64,000 nucleotides of DNA from Azolla caroliniana. Lineage: Eukaryota; Plantae; Polypodiophyta. The notes beneath the pieces were generated by a model. That model was not told the origin of the DNA and ran no database searches. It saw nothing but the letters and a program-made list of their open reading frames with translations. Of the stretch, positions 51,501-64,000 are shown in pieces. Both the position numbers and the translations under genes were made by a program. The stretch lies in the NCBI GenBank assembly GCA_043228905.1, contig JBHGNT010000002.1:16802001-16866000 (forward strand), written 5' to 3'. Every line of letters begins with the position of its first letter. Position 1 is the stretch's first letter.

Positions 51501-52266
51501 TATGCCCTCATACTGAAAGACGACCGCCGCAAACTTGCACCAAGGACCAAGAAATGCATTTTCCTCGGTTATGGACTAGACGGCAACATCAGATGCCAAC
51601 TCTGGGACCCCGAGCACAAACAGATCTTTGAAGTTCGAACATAGCGTTCAATGAGTCAGCTATGCATAAGACGGCTGAAAGGCCTATTGAAATTCGAAGG
51701 GAAGTTTTCTCAAATGTGCCAACCCTTCATGAAGGCCCAACCCATAACACAAGGTCGGCTTCACGAGTAGCCGAATCCTCTAGCATCGACTTGGCACAGC
51801 CAAACAATTCGGCTTTGGACCATCCGACTCTGACACCCGATGCAACTAGTCCAGTCATACCTCGAAGATGCGAGAGACTGTGCAACCCCTAGAGAGGTAC
51901 TCTCCTGAAGTCTTCTTTACAGACGTCGACAAATGGAGGTCATACAAAGAAGCATCGGCATTAATCGATTCAGCCACATGGCATCTGGCGATGGAGCAGA
52001 AATGAACTCCATTCGAACGAACAAGACTTGGGACTTTGTTGAATTATCGAAGAATTGACATGCTCTTCCATGCAAATGGGTCTACCAAATCAAAGATACA
52101 TCTAATTCAGTCACCCCAAAGTACAAGGCCAGGTTAGTCACGAAGGATTTCTTGTAGCAATATGGCGTCAACTTCAATGAAATTTTTCCACTAGTAGTGA
52201 AAATGAATACCCTTTGATTTCTACTTGGTGTTGTGGCCACCGAGGATTTGCAACTTATACAGTTAG

Positions 52267-55200
52267 TGAAGGGAAATAACGCGGAATATTTCTCGGCCAC
52301 AACCGAGTCTTCAATCACTTCTATGAGAATCAAACACAAAAATGGGGAGTAGGGAGTGAACGCATGTACACACACACAAACAATGATAGAGAGTACACAT
52401 GATGTTTACGTGGAAAACCCTAATAAGGAAAAATCACGGGAGCCCACAGACTCCAAGTTATCACTATATAAGAAAGGTATAATCAGAGACTCGGAGGCAA
52501 TGACCTCGAGCTCTATATCTTCGCCAAGCGGCAGTTACAATAGAGTATCGTTCTATATCTCCTCTCTCTCTATACAACAGTTATGCACATACAACAATAT
52601 GACAACTCTACATTGTCCACACACTAAAGTGATTGCCCTAAGTCATATTTATACTTATATGAACTTAGGGCTATTTACAAATATAGCCTCAATAGGCTTA
52701 CTCAAAACATATTTACGAATAGGTCTTCTCTTCCGGTTCTCACCGGATCCATTCGATCCGATTTCCGAATCTCTTCCGGTTCTCACTGGGTCCATCCGAT
52801 CCGGTTTCCGATTCTCTTCCGGTCCTCTTCATTCCTAACCGAATCCCATCCAGAGGGACCAACTTCACAACAATCTCCCCCTTCACTCCGGCATGGGATG
52901 TCTCGTCAACCCGATCCGCTTTCGGCATGCATCCAGCTTGTCGGTTGTCAACACCTTGGTCAGCATAATTGACCCGTTCTCCTTCGTGTGGATCTTCATC
53001 AGCACGAACTCTTGATCTTCTACTCTATCCTGAATTCAATGGTACCTCCGTTGGATATGTTTCGTCTGGGAATGGTAGGTTGCATTCCTCACAAGGTGAA
53101 TGGCACTTTGACTATCGCAATAGAGTCAGTATTCCTAGCTCTCCGATGAAGTCCTTCATCCAAATTATCTCACTCCCAGCTTCCACAACTGCCACGTACT
53201 CCGCCTCTGTGGTTGACAACGCAACCGTCTTCTGCAACCTCGACTGCCACGAAACAGCTCCCCCTGTATAAGTCATGACATATCCAGATGTAGACCGGCT
53301 GGTATCCGCATCAACCGACATATCCAAATCGGTGAAACCTTCCATGAGGGGTTTACCGGAGCCGAATCGGAGGCACATACTCAAGGTGCCTTTCAAATAC
53401 CGGAGTACCTACTTTACCGCGTTCCAGTGCTCTCTTCTGGATTGCTCATGAACCAGCTCACCACTCCGATTGCATATCCGATACCCAGCCGAGTACATAC
53501 TATCACATACATCAAGCTTTCGACAGTAGAGGCATATGGTATCTTCATCATATCCGTCTTCTCTGCCTTTGTCCTCAGACTTTGTTTTCCAGATAGTTTG
53601 CAGTTCGCCAGAAGTGTTGATCTGACCGGTTTCGCCTCCGACATGTTGAACTGTTGAAGCACCTTTGACACGTACTTCTCCTATGACAACCACAACAGCT
53701 TCTTCGACCGGTCCCGGATGATATGCATTCCCAATATCTGTCTTGACAGACCCAAGTCTTTCATTGAGAAGGTCTAGTTCAGAGCCTTCTTCAGCATCCA
53801 AATCTTGCCTTGGTCTCGTCCGACAATTAGCATATCATCCACACATAGGAGGAGTATCAGGAAATCTCCTCCGTCAAATTTCTTCACGAACATGCAGTGA
53901 TCGGCCTGCGTCTTGTGGTACCCTTGGTCGGTCATGAAGGAGTCGAACTTCTGGTACCATTGTCGGGGAGCTTGCTTCAGTCCGTATAAGCTCTTCTTCA
54001 ACCGGCACACCAAATGCTCCTTCCCTTTCTTCACAAATCCTTCCGGTTGATGCATGTAGATCTCTTCTTCGAGGTGGCCATGTAGGAATGTCGTCTTTAC
54101 ATCTAGTTGCTCTACCTCGGGGTCCATGCTTCCCGCTATGCTCAACACCATCCGGATGGAAGTTATTTTAACTACCAGGGCAAAGATCTCGTTGAAATCC
54201 ACTCCTTTTTTCTGTTGGAACCCCTTCACCACAATCTGGACATTGTATCTCGATGGGTTTCTAGCATCTCCCGGTTTTAGCTTGTACACCCACTTGTTCC
54301 AGAGTGTCCTCTTTCCTTTCAGCAACTCCGCCAGTTCATACGTGTGGTTCTCATGCAGGGAAACCATCTCGTCCTGCATGGCACTCAACCACTTGTGGTT
54401 GTGGGTGTCTTTCTTTGCTTCTTCGAATCTTTCCGGCTCCCCCTCATCGGTCAACAATACGTGCTCTGCATCTGGAAATCTCCGAGGGGCTCTTCTCTCT
54501 CAGAGAGGATATCTTCATCCTTGGTTTTTTACTACCGGTTCCTCCGTTTGTTCCTCATCCGAGTCCAATTCGGGATCTTGTCCGATTCCGGTGTCTTCTT
54601 CTTCTTCGGTCAGTTTGGTTTCTTGTCTGTATCCGGCAAGTGTCATACGGTTACCGGCCAACATCCGGTTTTCAATTGGGTAGGTCCTTGTGTCCTCAAA
54701 CCGGTTTTCATTGGATGATCCGGAGTTCATCATCTTCCAACTCCCACTTGGCAATGGTCCTGTCTTCCATGAAGACTATGTCCTAACTCCGAAACACCTT
54801 CTTGTTGCCCAGATCCCACACCTGGTAACCGAACTCATCATCACCGTATCCAAGGAATATGCATGGTTTGGACTTCAGATCTAGCTTTGCTCTCTTGTCC
54901 TTTGCAACATGCACATATGGGAGACACCCGAACACCTTCAAATGTTAGTAAGACACGTCCTTACCGGTCCATACTCTTTGCGGTGTGTCTCCATCCAAGG
55001 GTACTGAGGGTGATCTATTTATCACGTAAGTCGTCGTCATCAACGCCTCAGCCCAAAACGTCGTGGGTAACTTGGCATGTGCAAGCATGCTCTGGAATCT
55101 CTCCATTATGGTCCGGTTCATCCTTTCAGCCAGCTCGTTTAGTTCTAGTGTCTTCGGCACAGTAAATTCGAAATCCGCGCGTGCGTGTCAGATAGGACGG

Positions 55201-56980
55201 GACCACAAGGGTCTTGGACTAGGGAGTAAGAGGAGGGAGAGAAGCTTGGGAGTTCAACCGAGAAGGAAGAGAAAGATTAAGATGCGAGAGATTAAGATTC
55301 AAGAGAATAAGATCTAAACAAGACAAGATACATTATGGAAAGCACCACATCAATTACTAACCGTGGCCGTGTAGGCTGAATGTAAACCCTCTAGATGAAA
55401 CCCTAACCGGATAGGGGAAAAGAAGAAGAAGAAGAAGAAGAAGAAGAAGAATGAAAACCCTAAAACAAAATCCTAAAAGCCAAAATTCCGAAACCCTAAT
55501 GGCAACCCAAAGAAACCCGGAAAAGTGGAAGCCCTTCAAAAGTGACCCTTCACTCCCTTTAATAGTAGTAAGGGGTGATGCACATTACAAAAAGGAGTGG
55601 TCAAATCCCCTTTCTTTCAAAAGGAGAGTATTTGAACTCGATCTTAGGAGGTGAGATTGATGGGTCTTAACTCCCTCTCCTCTCACCGACATACTCAATG
55701 CCCACTACTCCCTACACCCATAATTCATGTGCCTCCCTCTAGTCTACAAAGTGCACATCACCTTTATACCTTTACATCTTACTTTTCCTCCTTACATTTG
55801 TCTATTATTCCTTACATCTTGTTTTATTCCTCCCGCTCGGGTTTTCCACCATGGCCGAAAATCCTCATGACAACGTTGCCCAACGTGACAACTAGCATCT
55901 CCCAACTATCCAGGAGGGAACCGAGCAAGAGTAATGCGAGTACCTCATCGGCGAGAGGTACTTCCAACGAGGTGGCTTGGTGTATTAACCCTGGAAGGCA
56001 TTCATGTGCTCTTCCATACTAGAGCCATCTTGGTATCAGAGCCTCACTAACTTCCGGAATACCCAAACCCAATTAATGGCATTTTTGTTCTGGAACATGA
56101 TGTTGATCTTCTCCCAGAGTTCATGGGCTCTCTTCATTGAAATTGTTGTAAAGGCTATGTCGATGAAGCAACGGATGTATGTCATCGTCTTCATGTGCAT
56201 CGTCTTCAATGTGGGATGTATGTCATCCCACATTGTGGCGCCGATCTTATCTGGTCTCTTGTCCCCGAACTGAACCAACAACCAAAGATCTTTAACCACC
56301 AACATATCCCTCATCTTCGACTTCCACATTGAGTAGTTAGAGCCGGTGTGCTTGAACATGCCGCCAAACGATTCTTCCATTTCCTGTGTTGTTCACTTTG
56401 ATACCAGATTGAAGGGAAATAGCATGTAATATTGTTCGGTCACAACCGAGTCTTCAATCACTTCTATGAGAATCAAACACAAAAATGGGAAGTAGGGAGT
56501 GAATGCATGTACACACACACAAACAACGATAGAGCGTACACAAGATGTTTACGTGGAAAACCCTAATAGGGAAAAACCACGGGAGCCCACAGACTCCAAG
56601 CTATCACTATATAAGAAAGGTACAATTAGAGACTCGGAGGCAACGACCTCGAGCTCTGTATCTTCGGCAAGCGGCGGTTACAACAGAGTATCATTCTATA
56701 TCTCCTCCCCATCTCCTCTCTCTCTATACAACAGTTATACACATACAACAATATGACAACTCTACACTATCCACACACTAAAGTGATTACCCTAAGTCAT
56801 ATTTATACTTATATGAACTTAGGTCTATTTACAAATATAGCCTCAATAGGCTTACTCAAAACATATTTACAAATAGGTCTCACCGGGTCCATCCGATACG
56901 ATTTCTGGATCTCTTCCGGTTCTCACCAGGTCCTCTTCATTCCTAACCGAATCCCATCCGGAGGGACCAACTTCACAACA
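52267..56980 (-). mobile_element. Copia with internal deletion, nested in the RT of the preceding element
   Basis: LTRs 52267-52872 and 56410-56980; PPT GAAGGGGGAGAT; PBS TGGTATCAAAG at ~56396-56406; decayed TSD GTTAG/ACTAG; RT VEQLDVKTTFLHG and RH TVALSTTEAEY. Confidence 0.85.
55170..55872 (-). mobile_element. Gypsy-type solo LTR remnant related to 17673-18392
   Basis: 55175-55225 resembles 17690-17740; ends CATGACA followed by ACGT; left end eroded. Confidence 0.6.
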
Positions 56981-57823
56981 ACTAGATGTAAAGACGACCT
57001 TCCTCCATGGTGACCTAGAGGAGGAAATCTTCATGGAACAGTCAAAAGGCTTCGTCACAGTAGGCCAAGAGCATCTAGTCCGTCGACTCAGGAAGAGTCT
57101 CTACGGCCTTAAATAGGTATCGTGGTAGTGGTACAAGAAGTTCGAACTTTATCTAGTCAGTCAGCTTCTCTAAGAGCGATGAGGACCCCTACCTCTTTAC
57201 GAAAACATCTCCCGATGGGTCACCCATTTTCCTCATCTTATATGTGGATGACATGCTACTACTTGCTAGGCATGTTGGAGAACTTGCCGATCTTGTTCAA
57301 CAACTATGGTTGAAGTTTGCAATGAAAGAACTAGGTCTTGCTCGACACATTCTTGGTATGAAGATTAGTCGACTCCGGAATCGACGACAACTGTTCTTGT
57401 CTCAAGCCGACTACATCAGACGTGTCTTAGAGCACTTCAACATGAAGTCGGCCAAGTCTGCTTCAACCCGCTCCCCATTAACCTTCAACATTCGGTCCAG
57501 AGGGGGAAGATATGAAGTCGGTACTCCTCTTAGTTCGACCTTATTTAAACACCCATTTGTTCTAATGAAGCGTTCTTACATTCTCTAATCTCATCTTCAA
57601 GTTTTGTAACCATTTCCTTAAGATTCTTAAGGTCAAGAACACTAATTTCCATAAGTGCCTTAATCTCTTCACCTTGTTTAATTATGGTCTTTTAAAGAGA
57701 AATCAAACGGTTTATAGATATTGTTTATGAGCTTCGACTACAACTTGTATGACCGAGTTGTGGCTAAAACAAGCTTGATGAAAACTAAAGACAAAGAGGA
57801 ATATCTTTCCTTTGTGTTTTTTC

Positions 57824-59549
<1,726 letters not shown>

Positions 59550-59605
<56 letters not shown>
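59550..59605. repeat. (GA)n microsatellite at the LINE truncation point
   Basis: Direct reading. Confidence 0.95.
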
Positions 59606-59607
<2 letters not shown>

Positions 59608-61585
59608 TATTACTTTAAATGGAAGATAGGAATTAAGCTTAGAAACATGTGGAATGTCATTAATTCTTAAAGGGATATCAAATGTGTAAGGCCTCTTATA
59701 GTTAATCATTTATTGACATCTTGGCAAAGATGTTGGATTTTATAGAATAGCATCCTCCACAAGAAAGGGGATATGTCAATTCATTATAAATAGAGGTTTT
59801 GGCGACATCAAGGTTGTTGAGGTAGGAAGGTAAACAAATTCTTAACCTTTAATTAATCAAATAGCTAGGTTTGGTTCGATAATAGTCAAGGGTGTTATGT
59901 TGGTGTCATAGAGAAGATTAATGGCCTTTCGAAATAACAAGATCAAGATTTTGTATTCTAAAAGGCTATACCTTTATTTGGTATAAGTTGCAAGAATTAT
60001 TATCATCGTATAAGCCAATACTTGATTTAGATGGGGGATCTCAAGAGCTTGATTGGACATTTTTTGGAAATAGGAGATTGACTATGATCTCCCCAAATGA
60101 TGTTTATCACAAGTTTACTAACAAACATAAGTGGATGGAAGAAAGGGTTTCATAAGCCCATACCTGGTGGTTTCATCTAATCAACGCAACCTAGTGTTCT
60201 CGATTGATGCTACAAGCTAAACTATTCATTTAGAGAGTTATGGTTGGAGCTTTACTATTCGGGGATGAATTAAAAAAAAGAAACAGTGTTAGATGAATGT
60301 TTTTCTTTTGTTCGGTGGAATTGAAACAAAGAAGGCATAGATTTCTTTCATGCCCAATGGTTAGGATGGTTTGGAGGTGCATCAATTTAGTGTGGATGTC
60401 TATAACTAGACTAAGCCTAGATTCCTTAAGTTAAGTTTTTGCACATATGGAGAACAATGAACCAATGCCTCATTTCCAAATTACTTTTTGAGTTCTTGAG
60501 GTATTGACGGCCATGGTTCAATTGGAATATGCAAAATGACTTCACTTCTAACTCACAAGTTGGGGTGAGGAAATAGGTTGTAAAGTTAAAAGGACTTCTT
60601 CTATGGCAATTGATAGACCTAAAGAAGTCACAAAATCTTAACCATGAAGAGAAAGAACTCTACAAGGTCTTGCCATTTAAAATGGTGTGTAGGGTGGCGT
60701 TGACTTTGGAGTCATGGTAGTATTTAGATCCCCAAAAGGGTTCTATACTATGTAGTAAGTTATAATGGTGTTTTTTTCTTTCATAATGCAAGCCATTGTT
60801 TACAAAAAAATAAAGAGAAATGTATTATTTAATGTCTGTATGAGAGAGAGATTATTTAATGTCCATGGAATACCGACCACAACCTATGACAGCATTTAAA
60901 ACAAGATTTGGTAGTGCCAATTTAGAATTTCAGGAAAATATGAGGGTGGTTGTTTCAGTATTTTCACTAGTTACAGCACCAAATCAAATATAATTTGTTC
61001 ACAAAAAACTTGTTATTACGTTCAGTTCTTTCAAGAAATACAAGCTGTTCATGGAACTCATACAACGTGTCATCTTCAATTTCAGTGATGTAATACTAAT
61101 TATGTGTGATATATACTGACAGATGATTCATCTGTTAAACGGTAGGAAAATATTTGCTTGAATTAATTATGACAACTGTTCTTTGGAAAGTGAAGAATGG
61201 GTTGGAAACAAATTTTAAACAATTTCTTACTTTGGAAACAAATTTTAAACAGGAAATGTTGATGTTTAACCTTCTTTGAGATAAATTATTTTCGTGAAGC
61301 ACAAATTTAAAATACTTCTATTGATAGTTACGATGGCCAAGAAGTAAAATCATCAATTGCTCAATGTAAAGACCTTTCTTTAAGACAGAATGACCCCAAA
61401 TTCTCAGAAATTGAATGATAAGCAAGAAAAACAAATGAAGCTTTCATAAATAGCTTGAATAGACTTGGAAGAAGAATAATGTGATGCTCGTAATGAAATC
61501 CAAACCAAAAGTGCAGATGATCATTAGTAGTAGCAACATCTCTTTACAATGGTTACGAACACATCCATGATAAAAACTAAAATTC

Positions 61586-64000
<2,415 letters not shown>

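Larger units (their letters stand above)
48529..57530 (+). mobile_element. Degenerate Tnt1/Tork-like Copia: LTR ~48529-48874, PBS 48877-48888, gag, PR, INT, RT split at 52266/56981
   Basis: LLMSSLPPSWETFV, WLLDSG, FIDDSTHKVW, QTDNGGEF; RT QLIQLDVKT rejoined across the nested element; no 3' LTR. Confidence 0.8.

Noticed and set aside
56031-56042. PBS-like TGGTATCAGAGC on the plus strand
   Set aside because: No LTR precedes it; it lies inside the minus-strand gag, so probably chance
59610-60800. Possible ancient LINE remnant
   Set aside because: No reliably readable motif without alignment

Overview
Eukaryotic land-plant DNA (inferred fern/lycophyte-like) that is mostly nested retrotransposons around two spliced host genes. 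1-26.9 kb: an old chromodomain Gypsy is split by three related Copia elements, one of which carries a young Gypsy (tRNA-Trp PBS, 4-bp TSD) and a perfect 220-bp foldback insert. 26.9-37.1 kb: further Gypsy, Copia and LINE remnants. 38.0-41.4 kb (-): a 9-exon KDPG/KHG aldolase (Eda-like) gene. 41.7-46.3 kb (-): a near-intact two-ORF LINE. 46.9-57.5 kb: a second Copia nest. 57.9-59.5 kb: a truncated LINE. 61.6-64 kb (-): the 3' part of a DEAD-box RNA helicase gene. Most notable: the TG..CA palindrome with a 5-bp TSD, a slippery-site/pseudoknot -1 frameshift placed after the protease in the Gypsy, tRNA-like Pol III boxes in solo LTRs, a double-PPT Copia with a charged Pol tail, and an AUG-less LINE ORF2. 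All alignments and counts were done by eye.
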